Position numbers and translations under genes: made by a program. This document shows positions 52,924-63,833 of a stretch of DNA of 64,000 nucleotides, piece by piece (position 1 is the stretch's first letter; every line of letters starts with the position of its first letter). Source of the stretch: an uncultured Candidatus Binatia bacterium (GTDB lineage: Bacteria; Desulfobacterota; Binatia; UBA9968; JAJDTQ01); assembly GCA_964291295.2 (NCBI GenBank), contig OZ219754.1:416001-480000 (forward strand). The letters are read 5' to 3'. Under the pieces are notes generated by a model, which did not search any database, was not told where the DNA came from, and worked only from the letters and a program-made list of their open reading frames with translations.

Positions 52924-55266
52924 CTACGGCCGGCCCCCCGACTTCCCGGCCTCCCTGAGCGCCTGGTGGATCCTTTCGGCGGTCAACGGCATGTCGCGCA
53001 CGCGCACGCCCACGGCATCCTCCACCGCGTTGGCCACGGCCGCGGCCACGGTCAGGGCGCCGGTCTCGCCGATGCCCTTGGCACCGAAGGGGCCGTCCCT
53101 GTGGGGCACCTCCACGACGATGGGGCGACAGGTGGCGGGCACATCCTTGATGGAGGCGATCTGGTAGTCCAGCAGGGAGCCGTTGAGAAGCTGTCCGTCC
53201 TGGAACACCATCTGCTCGAACAGCGTCAGCCCGAGGTGCATGGTGGCCGCCCCCACCAGTTGCTGCTCGCAGTATTTCGGATTGATGGCGGTGCCGGCAT
53301 CGCCCGCGGCGTGGAACTGCAGCACCTCCAGCCGGCCGGTCTCCGTGTCCACCTCCACCTCCACGGCGCTGGCGGCGGCGAACCAGTACTCGGTGCACTT
53401 CTCCGACAGGCCGGTCTCGGGGTCCATGGGTGTCACCCGCGGCTGACACAGGCCCTCCCCCACCATGGTGGTGCCGAGGCTTCCGAACCTGGCCAGAAAC
53501 GCCTCGGTCACGGTCATGCCGCGCTCCTCGGCGCCGCGCACGAACACGCGGCCGCCGCGGGATTCCAGGTCGGCGGCGTCGATCTCCAGTTTTCCGGCCA
53601 CGGCCTCGAACAGCTCCGCCTTCACCTTGGCCGCCGCCATGCGCACGGCGTTGCCCATGTGGTAGGTGGAGCGGCTGCCCGCACTGATGGTGTCGTAGGG
53701 GGTGACGTCGGTATCGGGCTGCACCACGTGCACCCGATCAAAAGGAATCCCCAGCTCCTCGGCGGCGATCTGGGACAGCAGGCTCTCGGAACCCTGGCCC
53801 ATCTCCACCGTGCTGCTGAGAACGTTGGCGCTGCCGTCGGCATTGAGGATGACGATGGCACCGGAAATGGACGGCGTGAGCACCGCCTTGACTCCGCAGG
53901 CGATGCCCTTGCCCCGGCACCGGGTGCCCGACCCCCGCTCCCCGGGCCGGTTCCACTCCACCGCATCGGCCGCCCGCCGCACCGCTTCCTTCAGGCCGCA
54001 GGCATGGACCGGCGTTCCGGTGACGAAGAGGTCGCCCTCTTCCAGCGCATGCTCCAGGCGGAACGCCACCGGATCCACGCCCAGGCCCCGGGCAACGATG
54101 TCCATCTGCGAGTCGTAGGCCCAGATCACCTGCGGCACGCCGAAGCCGCGGAACGGGCCGGCCGGCGGCTTGTTGGTGTAGATACAATAGGAGTCAATGG
54201 AAACGTTGGGAATCCGGTACGGCCCCGAGGACGTGTAGCCCGATTTGTGAACGATCCGCGGACCGATCTCGGCAAAGGCGCCGGTGTCCCAGTACACCTC
54301 GCACTTGCGCGCGGTCATGGCCGAACCCTTGACCGCGGTCTTGAGCTTCACCACCACGCCGTGCTTGGTAACGGTCTGGAACTCCTCTTCCCGGCTCAGG
54401 CTGTACTTCACCGGCCGGCCGGTCTTCATTGCCAGGAGCGCCACCAGCGGCTCGAGCTTGCTGTAGAGCTTGGCGCCATAGCCGCCGCCCAGGTACGGCA
54501 CGCGCACGCGGATGCGGTTCATGGGTACGCCCAGCATGCGCGCCAGCTCCCCCCGGACAAAGGACGGCGACTGGCTGGCGGTGTGGATGTTGATGCGGCC
54601 GCCCTCGTCCACCAAGGCCAGCGAGACGTGCGGCTCCATGGGCACGTGCTGGGCCGGCGGCGCCGTGAAGACATCCTCGAAGACACGGTCGGCGTCGGCA
54701 AAGGCCCTGTCCACGTCGCCCTTGCGGAGCTTGTAGTGGTAACAGATGTTGGATCGCTGGCCGGCCTTGACATGGGCGAGGTCGGCGAACGCTCCGGAGG
54801 GGCGAAGCTCCTCGTGGATGATGGGCGCGTCCGGCTTGATGGCGTCGAGCACGTCCAGCACCACCGGCAGCGGCTCGTACTCCACCGCCACCGCCTCCAG
54901 CGCCTGTTCCGCCGCGCGCCGGCTCTCCGCCGCCACCGCCGCCACCTGCTCGCCCTCGTGGCGCACCCGGTCGATGGCCAGCACCGGCTGGTCGGCGAAC
55001 GCCGGCCCGTGGAAGGGCGTGACGCCCGGCATGGCGGCGATGTCCGCGCCGGTGAGCACCGCCGCCACGCCCGGACTCGTCTCGGCCCGGGACTTGTCGA
55101 TACGGACGATGCGCGCGTGCGGATGCGGGCTCCTCAGCACCGCCACGTGCAACAGGCCGGGCGGCTCCAGGGTGCCCACGTGCAATGCCCGGCCCGTCAC
55201 CTTCTGGACGGCGTCCCGGCGATCGACCGACGTACCGACGATGTCAAGATCCGCCACCGATATCAC
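52924..55266 (-). CDS. Xanthine dehydrogenase-family molybdopterin-binding large subunit
   Basis: GGGYGAK, PFRGFG, EMGQG, GSRST, GAKGIGE. Confidence 0.94.
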   Translation of the reverse strand: MISVADLDIVGTSVDRRDAVQKVTGRALHVGTLEPPGLLHVAVLRSPHPHARIVRIDKSRAETSPGVAAVLTGADIAAMPGVTPFHGPAFADQPVLAIDRVRHEGEQVAAVAAESRRAAEQALEAVAVEYEPLPVVLDVLDAIKPDAPIIHEELRPSGAFADLAHVKAGQRSNICYHYKLRKGDVDRAFADADRVFEDVFTAPPAQHVPMEPHVSLALVDEGGRINIHTASQSPSFVRGELARMLGVPMNRIRVRVPYLGGGYGAKLYSKLEPLVALLAMKTGRPVKYSLSREEEFQTVTKHGVVVKLKTAVKGSAMTARKCEVYWDTGAFAEIGPRIVHKSGYTSSGPYRIPNVSIDSYCIYTNKPPAGPFRGFGVPQVIWAYDSQMDIVARGLGVDPVAFRLEHALEEGDLFVTGTPVHACGLKEAVRRAADAVEWNRPGERGSGTRCRGKGIACGVKAVLTPSISGAIVILNADGSANVLSSTVEMGQGSESLLSQIAAEELGIPFDRVHVVQPDTDVTPYDTISAGSRSTYHMGNAVRMAAAKVKAELFEAVAGKLEIDAADLESRGGRVFVRGAEERGMTVTEAFLARFGSLGTTMVGEGLCQPRVTPMDPETGLSEKCTEYWFAAASAVEVEVDTETGRLEVLQFHAAGDAGTAINPKYCEQQLVGAATMHLGLTLFEQMVFQDGQLLNGSLLDYQIASIKDVPATCRPIVVEVPHRDGPFGAKGIGETGALTVAAAVANAVEDAVGVRVRDMPLTAERIHQALREAGKSGGRP

Positions 55267-55287
55267 CTCATGAAGAAGCGGCTCACG

Positions 55288-56157
55288 TCACGGAGAAGAG
55301 GCCGACCCGGCCAGCTCCCGCAACGTGCGCCTGACCAGCACGCGGGTCATCTCGCGCTTGTAGTCCGCGCTGCCGCGCAGGTCCGACACCGGCGAGAGCT
55401 GTCCGTCAAGGGTGTCGCAGACCGCATCCCAAAGCTCCTCGGAGCAGCTTTCTCCCCGGAACCGCTCCAGCCCGGCCGCCCGCAGCGGCGCCTCCGCCAC
55501 GCCGCTCAAGGCGATGCGCAGTTCGCTCAGACGGTCCCCGTCCAAGGAAAGGAACGCCGCCGCACCGACACACGGCCAATCGTTGGCCGACAGCGAACTG
55601 AACCGCGCGTAGGCCGTGCGGGCCGTCTCCGGCACGCGCGGTATCCGTATCTCCACCAATATCTCGCCGGGCTCCAGCACCGTCTCGTACATGCCCCGAT
55701 AGAACTTTCCGAGCGGCACGACCCGGGTTTCCCGGGCTCCCGCCAGCACCACCTCGGCATCGAGAACCAGCAGCACCGGGGGCGGATCCAGCCGGTAGTC
55801 CGCGTGGGCCAGATTGCCGCCCACGGACGCGGTCTCGCGGATGCGCACGTTGCCCACGTGACTGAACGCCCGGGCCAGGGCCGGCGCGCGCCGCTGTACC
55901 AGCGGCGACCGCTCCACCGAACGGTGCGTGGCCAACGCTCCGATGCTCAGGCCGCCGTCGGTGTCGGTGATTCTGTCCAGGCCCGCAATCGACTGCAGAT
56001 CCACCAGATGGGAGAAGCGAAGCGCCCGCTGCTTCATCAGGATCACCAGTGTGGTGCCGCCGGCAATGACGCGGGCGTCATCGCCGTGGTCGAGCAGCAT
56101 CCGGCTGGCTTCGGCCACGGTGTGCGGTTTCAGGAGGTCGAACGCTGGAATGGTCAT
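55288..56157 (-). CDS. Mo-hydroxylase FAD-binding medium subunit (CoxM-like)
   Basis: AGGTTL, IRETASVGGNLAHAD, DLRGSADYK. Confidence 0.94.
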   Translation of the reverse strand: MTIPAFDLLKPHTVAEASRMLLDHGDDARVIAGGTTLVILMKQRALRFSHLVDLQSIAGLDRITDTDGGLSIGALATHRSVERSPLVQRRAPALARAFSHVGNVRIRETASVGGNLAHADYRLDPPPVLLVLDAEVVLAGARETRVVPLGKFYRGMYETVLEPGEILVEIRIPRVPETARTAYARFSSLSANDWPCVGAAAFLSLDGDRLSELRIALSGVAEAPLRAAGLERFRGESCSEELWDAVCDTLDGQLSPVSDLRGSADYKREMTRVLVRRTLRELAGSASSP

Positions 56158-56295
56158 GACGGTTCGGATGCCCGGCGATGGATGAGCCAGCCTCGGTCCA
56201 CCATATGATGCGGATTGGACACGGACCCGATGATTGGACACGATACGGATCGAACCCGTGTCCGACACGGGTCGGCGCCGCAACCAAGCTCCTGC

Positions 56296-56451
56296 AACGA
56301 GGCTCGAAGTGGAACTCGAAAAGAGCCCAAAGCGAAGCCACGAAGCGAGCCCCGAAACAAGACTCGACCGAGACCGGGAACGAAGCCCGGAACGAGACCC
56401 AAAACAAGGCCGGGAGCGAGGCTCGGAGCGATACCCCCGAGAAGGGCCAAA
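56296..56451. repeat. Degenerate 12-bp-period repeat tract upstream of the Mo-hydroxylase operon
   Basis: acgaggctcgaa / acaagactcgac / acgaagcccgga / acgagacccaaa / gcgaggctcgga-type units. Confidence 0.6.
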
Positions 56452-56897
56452 GCCTCGGACAGGTCCAGCGACGGCCCTGGCGCCAACCGCGGCGCGGGCT
56501 CCCGGTCCATGTCGGCGAGGGGCGACGCGTCAATCTGCGGGCGCCGTCCGAGTCCGAGCTTCGCCCATGGTCCGAGCTTCGCCCATTATTCTTCCCCCGC
56601 CCGTGATTGTCAATCTCGGTGCCGGGAACTCAGTGCCGGAATCGTGTCCGGCGAGGGGCGGCGCAGGCAGTTCCAGCGCGGCACGTCCAACGGTCCATCG
56701 GGAGCGGACTTCGTTGCCGGCGTGCCGGGTTTCGTACTCAAGAAGTCGCGGTCAAACTCCATGACGGCATACACGGCGGCACGGCGATCGTATGGAAGAC
56801 GGAAGACGCATGCGGCAACCCGGTGCTGGGCTCGGTGCTGCGCCCCCATGCGCCGGACCTTGCGGCGCGCCCGGGGCGCTGCAAGAATCAGACCCGG

Positions 56898-57497
56898 ATG
56901 ACCATCGGAATTCTGGCTTACGGTTCCCTGATACCGGATCCCGGAGCGGAGATCGGGCCGGTGACGGTGCGCCGCATCGCCGGCGTGGAGACGCCGTTCA
57001 GGATCGAGTTCGCCCGGAGCAGCCGCGTGCGCGACCGCGCGCCGACGCTGGTCCCGGTGGAGCGCGGTGGTGCCAGGGTCGGCGGGGTGGTGCTGGTGCT
57101 GCACGACTCGGTGACCGAAACCGCCGCCCGGGACATGCTCTACCGGCGGGAACGGAACCGGGCCGGCACCGCCGACGCCTACGCGGACCTGGATCCGGCC
57201 GACATCGACGGCGCCTTCCTCGGACGCCTGGACGGTTTCGCGGGACTGGACGCGGTGTTCCACGCCGCCCTCCGGGCGAACATCAAGAGGCCCACCCCCG
57301 GGTTGCTGGCGCGACTCGCCATCGCAAGCGCCGCGGCGCCCGCGGGCGCGGCCCGGCGCGACGGTATCCGCTATCTCATGGACGCCCGGGCGAGCGGCAT
57401 CGCCACGCCTCTCATGCCGGCGTACGAGGCGGAAATCCTGCGCCTGACCGGCGCCCGGAATCTGGAGGAGGCACGCGCCATCGCCCGCAAAGGGTAG
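56898..57497 (+). CDS. Gamma-glutamylcyclotransferase/ChaC-like protein
   Basis: N-terminal ILAYGSL, APTLVP, LYRRE. Confidence 0.7.
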   Translation: MTIGILAYGSLIPDPGAEIGPVTVRRIAGVETPFRIEFARSSRVRDRAPTLVPVERGGARVGGVVLVLHDSVTETAARDMLYRRERNRAGTADAYADLDPADIDGAFLGRLDGFAGLDAVFHAALRANIKRPTPGLLARLAIASAAAPAGAARRDGIRYLMDARASGIATPLMPAYEAEILRLTGARNLEEARAIARKG

Positions 57498-57713
57498 CCC
57501 GGCAACTCCGGAATCCGGGGACGGGGGCATGCCCCGCCCGTGAGCCGCGGGCCAGGAGCCCGGCGAACGGGTCCGCCCCCCGGCGGCCGATTTGATTTCA
57601 AGAACTGAATTCAGAGCCTTTACGAGGCCACCTCACCGTCAAGGACGTCAGCGCCGCTCTGGCCCAACCCCACGCCTCCACCGCCCCGTCCGACCCCGCT
57701 ACGCACTGAACCT

Positions 57714-57736
57714 GAAAATACTCATGGAGTATTTTC
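57714..57736. terminator. Perfect AT-rich palindrome between convergent genes (bidirectional terminator or operator)
   Basis: gaaaatactc-atg-gagtattttc. Confidence 0.45.
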
Positions 57737-57795
57737 GCGAATACGGGCGTAATCCCGCGGTTCCCGGTTGATGGATCAATCGGGGTTCTCCCGGG

Positions 57796-60081
57796 TTATC
57801 CGAAATCGAAGTCCCCGGCATCCACTTCGGTTACGGCTTGAAGCACGATCAGGCCGCCGCCCACATCCATCAGGTCGAGGGTCGTTTGACCCGATTCCAC
57901 GGTTATTCTGCTTTGGATATCGCTGAAGTCGTCCACGCCCACGAAGCCGAACAGTTGAATGGTGTCTCCGCCGCTGAAATCCCCGATCGTGTCGCGGTCC
58001 CCACTGCTGGAGGAGTCGTTGGTGAAAACGAAGGTATCGTCGCCAAGGAGGCCGTAGAGCCTGTCGTCGCCATCGCCGCCGTGGAGCTCGTCGTTGCCGC
58101 GGCCGCCGAAGAGTTCGTCGTTGCCATCGCCGCCGTAGAGCTCGTCGTTGCCATCGCCGCCGTGGAGCTCGTCGTTGCCATCGCCGCCGTGGAGCTCATC
58201 GTTGCCATCGCCGCCGTAGAGCTCATCGTTGCCATCGCCGCCAGTCAGGATGTCGTCGCCATCGCCGCCGTCCAGGGAGAGGCCGGCGGACTCGCCGCTG
58301 CCGAATCTGAAGTTGCTGTCGTCAAGGGAGTCCAACGACACGCCTTTCAAGGCAAGGGTGACAGATCCGAATGGGAGGTCGTCGGAGATGACGGTATCAT
58401 CACCGACCTGCTTGATGGTCAGATCCTCCCTGCCGATACCGTCGAACCGAATCATGTCGTCCGCCTCGAAATCGGTGATGACATCGTTGTCTCCGAGATG
58501 CCCGAACAGGAAGGTATCGGAGCCCTTGCCGCCCGTCAGGGTATCGTCGCCATGGCCGCCGTCCAAAGTGTCGTCACCCTTGCCGCCATACAGCGTGTCG
58601 TCGCCGTAGTTTCCGTAGAGGGTATCGCCGTCCTTGCGGCCATACAGGACATCATCGCCACGGCCGCCGTCCAGGGTGTCGCCACCCCTGCCGCCATACA
58701 GCCTATCGTCGCCGGCACCGCCATCCAGCGTGTCGTCGCCCTTCCGGCCATGCAGGACGTTGTCGTCGTGGTCACCCTCCTGGGTGTTGTCATCGTCGTC
58801 GCCATCCTGCGGAGCACTGTCAGCGGGAAGAAAACTGAAGTCGTCCTGGTCGAGGGAGTCCGCCGACACATTCATCAGCCTGATCTTGTCGCCGCCCCCG
58901 AAGCGGATGAGGGTATGGCCTTCCCGCTGCTCGATATCGAGTGTCTCGAAACCGCCGGAGACCCCGACGAGGCGAAGCGTGTCGCCTTCCTCGAAATCGT
59001 CAACCGTGTCGTATATGCCGCCCCCTGCCTTGAACACGAAAATATCGGCGCCGCCGCCGCCATTCAGGGTGTCATCGCCATTACCGCCATTCAGAATGTC
59101 GTTGCCATCGCCGCCGTGCAGGGAATCGTTGCCGGCGCCGCCCTTCAAGGTGTCGTTGCCGTAGCCACCCTTCAGGGTGTCGTTGCCTGAGCCGCCGTGC
59201 AGGGCGTCGTCGCCCCTGCCACCATCCAGAGTGTCGTTGCCCGAACCGCCGTGCAGGGTGTCGTCGCCCCTGCCACCCTCCAGAGCGTCGTCACCCGAGC
59301 CACCGTGCAGGGTGTCGTCGCCCCTGCCGCCGCTCAGGGTGTCGTCGCCATGGTAGCCCTTTTGCGTGCGACCGGCGCCCGCACCCGCGTCATCCCTGCC
59401 ATCGTCCGGAGCAGTCGTTGCCCTCTGGCCGGTACTTGTGCCGGCCGGCGTGTTGGGAGCCTGACTCGCACCGTATAACGGAGTGCTTTCGCCGGCGTCG
59501 GGAAGCAGGAAGTCGTCTGCGCCCAGGGAGTCCGCCGACACACGCGACAGTCTGATCGTGTCGCCGTTGCCGTAGCGGACGACGGTGTCGGCGCCGTCCT
59601 GACGGATATCGAGCGCCTCGAAGCCGGTGGAGACCCCATTGAGACGAATCCTGTCGCCCTCCCCGAAATCGCCGACCGTATCGCTTCCGTCTCCCGCCCG
59701 GAACACAAAGGTGTCGTTTCCCTGGCCCCCGTACAGGGTGTCGTTGTTCACGCCGCCGTTCAGGGTGTCGTCGCCGGCACCCCCGTACAGGTGGTCAACG
59801 CCGGCGCCGCCATCAAGCCCGTCATTGCCGTCCTCGCCCCAGAGCCAGTCGTCGCCGTCGCCGCCCTCCACAAGAGTGTCGTCGCCGCTGCCGGCGTAAA
59901 GCCAGTCGACGCCGTCGCCGCCGGTCAGGGTGTCGCCGCCGTCGCCTCCGTACAGGATGTCGTTCCCCGAGCCGCCATCCAGGGTGTCATCCCCGGCACC
60001 GCCATCGAGGGTGTCGTTGCCCGACCCGCCAACCAAGGCATCGTCGCCGGCACCGCCGGTCCGTGAAATATCCTGCGCCAT
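57796..60081 (-). CDS. RTX (hemolysin-type Ca-binding) repeat protein
   Basis: Four blocks of GGxGxDxLx nonapeptides, each closed by DTFVF...D.(V/I).DF...D.I. Confidence 0.93.
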   Translation of the reverse strand: MAQDISRTGGAGDDALVGGSGNDTLDGGAGDDTLDGGSGNDILYGGDGGDTLTGGDGVDWLYAGSGDDTLVEGGDGDDWLWGEDGNDGLDGGAGVDHLYGGAGDDTLNGGVNNDTLYGGQGNDTFVFRAGDGSDTVGDFGEGDRIRLNGVSTGFEALDIRQDGADTVVRYGNGDTIRLSRVSADSLGADDFLLPDAGESTPLYGASQAPNTPAGTSTGQRATTAPDDGRDDAGAGAGRTQKGYHGDDTLSGGRGDDTLHGGSGDDALEGGRGDDTLHGGSGNDTLDGGRGDDALHGGSGNDTLKGGYGNDTLKGGAGNDSLHGGDGNDILNGGNGDDTLNGGGGADIFVFKAGGGIYDTVDDFEEGDTLRLVGVSGGFETLDIEQREGHTLIRFGGGDKIRLMNVSADSLDQDDFSFLPADSAPQDGDDDDNTQEGDHDDNVLHGRKGDDTLDGGAGDDRLYGGRGGDTLDGGRGDDVLYGRKDGDTLYGNYGDDTLYGGKGDDTLDGGHGDDTLTGGKGSDTFLFGHLGDNDVITDFEADDMIRFDGIGREDLTIKQVGDDTVISDDLPFGSVTLALKGVSLDSLDDSNFRFGSGESAGLSLDGGDGDDILTGGDGNDELYGGDGNDELHGGDGNDELHGGDGNDELYGGDGNDELFGGRGNDELHGGDGDDRLYGLLGDDTFVFTNDSSSSGDRDTIGDFSGGDTIQLFGFVGVDDFSDIQSRITVESGQTTLDLMDVGGGLIVLQAVTEVDAGDFDFG

Positions 60082-60299
60082 TGTTGTTTCGTCTCCTTGT
60101 AAGCTGTATGGAGGTAAAATCTGCCTGTCCGCGGCACGGATGGACCAGCGGAGGCCTGATCAACCGCCGGCCGGGATCGTTTCCAGCATCGCTTTTCAGG
60201 GTGTCCGTGTCATCGCCGGCACCGCCACGCTACCTGTGCGAATGAAGGTTACCCCCGCCCTCCATTTTTTTCAAGCGCGCCCACTTGATCTTGACGACC

Positions 60300-60695
60300 C
60301 TGCAGGGACAGGAGCCGAGGTCCGAGCCGCAGCTGTCGTCGCACAGGTCGCCCCGGCCACAGACGCCGCCGGGCCATATCCTTGTGGCGGACGAAGGACC
60401 GGAACGCCCTCCGGCAGGGTGCGGACGAGGGCATCGTGGCCACAGCAGGACCGGATCGACAGGGACCGACAGGGCCTCGGGGTAGCGCGCGGCACCCAAG
60501 CATCCTCGTGCGCGACGCTGCGGCGGTAGCGCATCGACTCGTAACGTGGATCGCCTCGGCCAGTGGCGCGTGGTAGTGGCACCAGACCCGGAACGGATAC
60601 GGCAGCACCTTGTCGGCGAGTGACGGGCGAAGCCGGTGGTGGTGATGAATCGTCTCGCCAGCGGTGGCGCGGCCGAGCAGCGCGCGCAGCCGCAC
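60300..60695 (-). pseudogene. Degraded coding remnant of unknown family
   Basis: High-GC3 segments hopping frames (FITTTGFAR / LADKVLPYPFRVWCHYHAPLAEAIH / YESMRYRRSVAHED). Confidence 0.3.
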
Positions 60696-60717
60696 CCCCG
60701 GCCTTCAAGCGGCAGTG

Positions 60718-62163
60718 TCAGCTGAATGCGGGTTTTTCCCCGGGATAGTGCGCTTCCATGGCCGGGCGGTAACGCTCCATGAGCGCGCGGTTGAGCTCCA
60801 GCGGCGGCTGCTGGTCCTCGGGCAGGAGCGGCCGGTACACCACGTCGCCGATCTCTTCCCTGAACGTCTGCGCGGCCCGCGCCACCAGTCGCGGATCCAC
60901 CAGCAGGTCCACGGCGGTGGCGGCCAGGGTCTTGGCTCCGGCCACGGCTCCCTTGTGGGCAATGGATGTGGCCAGCGAAACGCCCGCGCCCCAGTGGTGG
61001 TAGGCGATGCCCGGGATGTTGGACGGAAAGTTCACCACGCCCGACGGCACCACCCAGCAGACGTCGCCGGAGTCGTTGGCGGACACGGACTGCACCGCCT
61101 CCCGGAGCGGCGCCACCTGATCGGGCATTCCGGTGGCCTTGACCTGAACCTTGGCCTGCAGTTCGGTGACGAGCTTCTGCTCGGCGTCGGTCCACCGCGG
61201 CATGCCCACCGCCTCGATGTTGTTCTGGATCACCTCCGCCAGGGTGCGGTTGCACCGGGTGGGGGCCACCGCGCTCAGCACATTCACCGAGTACGACGTG
61301 TCGGTCATGGTGGCGGCGCCCTGGGCGATGCGCCGGGCCTTCTCGAACAGGGCCCGGGCCTTCTCGGCGGTGGCCTCGCGGAAGAACCACCAGATGGTGG
61401 AGGTGTTGGGGATGACGTTGGGCTGGTCGCCGCCGTTGCTGATGACCCGGTGGCTGCGCTGGGTAGGCTCCAGGTGCTCCCGCAACTTGTCCCAGCCCAC
61501 ATCCATCAGCACCGCCGCGTCCAGGGCGTCGCGGGCGTTCCAGGGCGCGGTGGCCGCGTGGGCGCTCTCGCCCCGAAAGGTGAACTCGGCGGAGATGAGC
61601 GCGTACTGCCGCAGGCCGTACACCGTCCCCAGGTTGGAACCGATGTGATCGTGCAGCGCCGCGTCCACATCCTTGAAGTAGCCGTCGCGCACGAAGTAGG
61701 GGCGGCTCACGAGCTGCTCCTCGGCCGGCGCGCCGTAGACCCGCAGGGTCCCCTCGATCCCGAACCGCTCCATGGTCTTCTTGACCGCGACCGCGGCGCC
61801 GATCATCACCGCGGCGTTGACGTTGTGCCCTTCGGTGTGTCCCGGCGCGCCGTCGACGATGGGCTTCCGCTCGGTCACGCCCGCCATCTGGGAACTCGAC
61901 GGGGTGGCGTCGAACTCCGTGTGCAGCGCCACCACCGGCTTGCCCGATCCGCAGGTGGCGATGAAGGCCGTGGGCATCCCCGAGATATTCCTCTCGATCT
62001 CGAACCCGGCCCGCTCCAGAATATCGGTCATCAGCCCGGTGGTGCGGAACTCCTGCATCCCCAGTTCCGCGAAATAGAAGATGTTGTCCCCGAGAAGCGC
62101 AATGTTGCGCCGGTTCTCCTCGACGACATCAATGACAAACTGCTTCTGCTTCGAAACGGCCAT
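60718..62163 (-). CDS. M20 amidohydrolase, AbgB (p-aminobenzoyl-glutamate hydrolase B)-like
   Basis: AELGMQEF, GHTEGHN, PAEEQL, GESAHAA..PW, NGGDQPNVIP, SGDVCWVVP. Confidence 0.9.
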   Translation of the reverse strand: MAVSKQKQFVIDVVEENRRNIALLGDNIFYFAELGMQEFRTTGLMTDILERAGFEIERNISGMPTAFIATCGSGKPVVALHTEFDATPSSSQMAGVTERKPIVDGAPGHTEGHNVNAAVMIGAAVAVKKTMERFGIEGTLRVYGAPAEEQLVSRPYFVRDGYFKDVDAALHDHIGSNLGTVYGLRQYALISAEFTFRGESAHAATAPWNARDALDAAVLMDVGWDKLREHLEPTQRSHRVISNGGDQPNVIPNTSTIWWFFREATAEKARALFEKARRIAQGAATMTDTSYSVNVLSAVAPTRCNRTLAEVIQNNIEAVGMPRWTDAEQKLVTELQAKVQVKATGMPDQVAPLREAVQSVSANDSGDVCWVVPSGVVNFPSNIPGIAYHHWGAGVSLATSIAHKGAVAGAKTLAATAVDLLVDPRLVARAAQTFREEIGDVVYRPLLPEDQQPPLELNRALMERYRPAMEAHYPGEKPAFS

Positions 62164-62312
62164 GGTTCCTCCCCCGGAGGCGGCGCGAACGCCCACCCCG
62201 TCCATCTGTCCGAAATGACGTCCCGCGATGATATTACAGGGCGTCCGGCGAGTCGAGGCACCGCGCCCGTGCTGTCTTGCCCGGAAGTACCGGACACGAT
62301 AAGGTCGCTTCC

Positions 62313-63770
62313 ATGGCCGCGAACCGACCGGTGGCAAGGGACGCCGCCACCGCTCTCGCCCACACCCCGGGGCTGGTCCGTTACGGCTCGAAGCCGTTTC
62401 GGGAAGCCAGGGCGCGGCCGGAGTTCGCCGGAGAGCTCGCGCGCGCCTTGTGGAGTTGCGACGAAGCCCGCCGCTATCTGCCCAACCAGGTTTTCATCGG
62501 CAGCCAGCCGCCCACCCGTCTGTGGGAGGTGGAGCAGCCGTGGTTCGACAAGCTGGCCGAAACAGACGGCGGAGAGCCTCCCTTCGGCCACATCATCGAG
62601 GAACGCCGCTTCCTCGCCCTGCTGGCCTGTGCCGACCCGTTCAGGCACGTGCGGCTGCGGGAACGGTTCTGGGAGGAAACGGCGCCGCTGCTGTCGGCCT
62701 CGCCGCTCACCGCGCCGCTGGCCTCGCGCGCACCCCTGCTTCTCGCCGACGCCCGGCTGGACGCGGAACTGGAGGCCGCCGGCGCCCTGCCGCTGCTGGC
62801 CGGCGGCGAAGATGCGCCCGCGGGCGTCGTCAGGACAGGCCATTCCGAGGACGAGGCGCTGGCCGCGCTGGTGCTGCTGGAGAATCTCTGCTGCAAGGTG
62901 TCGGGCGCCCTTGCCCTGCGCGGGTTGTTCGACCGCGCCGGCGGCCTGCGTCCGAGCGATGTCGACCTCGTGCTGAGCTGCTCGGAAGAGGCTGTCGGCG
63001 ACCGCTACCAGCGCGGCGGCGGCAACATGGCCAAGGCCATCGCCGAGTTCGCCGGCTGCGACCGCAGCACGGGCATCGACATCAAGGACTTCTGCGCCGC
63101 CCCCGTTCCCGCCATGGTCATCGCCGCCTCGCTGGTGGAGAGCGGGGTCTTCGACAACGTGGTGGTGGTGGGCGGCGGATCGCTTCCCAAGCTCGGCATG
63201 AAGTCACTGTACCAGTTGGAGCAGGGCATGCCGGTGCTGGAGGATGTGCTGGCCGCGGTGGCCGTGTGGATCGGACGCGACGACGGCCACAGCCCGGTGC
63301 TGAATCTGCGGGGCGTCGGCCGCCATCCCGTCCGGGCCGGAACCGGCCTCGACAAGCAGTTCCGGGAACTGGTCCTGGAACCGCTGCGGCGGTTGGAATG
63401 GGGCGTGGACCGGCTCGACCGGGTCGTGACCGAACTGCACAATCCGGACATCATGGTGTCCGCCAGGGGCGGCGACGTGGCGGCCCGGAACTACAGGATG
63501 ATGGCCGCCGTGCTGGCGGCGGCCGGGGAGATCCACCGGAGCGACATCGCCGGCTTCGCGCGCGCCAAGGGAGTGCGCGGCTATGCCCCCACCCAGGGGC
63601 ACATCGCCTCGGGCTTCGTCTACGTGCCCCACGCCCTTCGGGAGATGGCCGCCGGCACCATCCGCAACTGCATGCTGGTGGCCCGCGCCAGCCTGTTCCT
63701 CGGCCAGATGACCGAACTGACCGACGGCATGTCCGTGCTGATGGAAACGGCGGATGGCGCAAGATCGTGA
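62313..63770 (+). CDS. grdC: Glycine/sarcosine/betaine reductase component C beta subunit-like
   Basis: HTPGLVRYGSKP, CSEEAVGDRYQRGGGNMAKAIAE, KDFCAAP, PKLGM, ELHNPDI, APTQGHI, SLFLGQMT. Confidence 0.88.
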   Translation: MAANRPVARDAATALAHTPGLVRYGSKPFREARARPEFAGELARALWSCDEARRYLPNQVFIGSQPPTRLWEVEQPWFDKLAETDGGEPPFGHIIEERRFLALLACADPFRHVRLRERFWEETAPLLSASPLTAPLASRAPLLLADARLDAELEAAGALPLLAGGEDAPAGVVRTGHSEDEALAALVLLENLCCKVSGALALRGLFDRAGGLRPSDVDLVLSCSEEAVGDRYQRGGGNMAKAIAEFAGCDRSTGIDIKDFCAAPVPAMVIAASLVESGVFDNVVVVGGGSLPKLGMKSLYQLEQGMPVLEDVLAAVAVWIGRDDGHSPVLNLRGVGRHPVRAGTGLDKQFRELVLEPLRRLEWGVDRLDRVVTELHNPDIMVSARGGDVAARNYRMMAAVLAAAGEIHRSDIAGFARAKGVRGYAPTQGHIASGFVYVPHALREMAAGTIRNCMLVARASLFLGQMTELTDGMSVLMETADGARS

Positions 63771-63833
63771 CCGGCCGTGCGTATCGGTCGGCCGTGCATA
63801 TCGAACTTTCGTGTCAAACTTGCGGACCCGGGA

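Noticed and set aside
53235-53251. 15/17 match to the 5' part of the candidate mini-array spacer inside the Mo-hydroxylase large subunit gene
   Set aside because: Flank is CGA rather than an AAG/ATG-type PAM, it lies mid-CDS, and chance is plausible in GC-rich DNA
52924-55266. Aerobic CO dehydrogenase (coxMLS)
   Set aside because: Active-site loop is PFRGFG, not AYxCSFR/AYxGAGR; no cox accessory genes
52222-56208. 1328-aa plus-strand ORF and other long antisense ORFs (e.g. 9535-12123, 19075-21582, 60664-62976)
   Set aside because: Shadow frames of well-supported opposite-strand genes in a high-GC genome; no motifs
56154-56764. Short low-complexity ORFs on both strands
   Set aside because: Explained by the 12-bp repeat tract; no RBS or family motif
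57767-57780. FNR-like ttgat-gg-atcaa
   Set aside because: 2-nt spacer instead of 4, and located between convergent stops; more likely part of a hairpin
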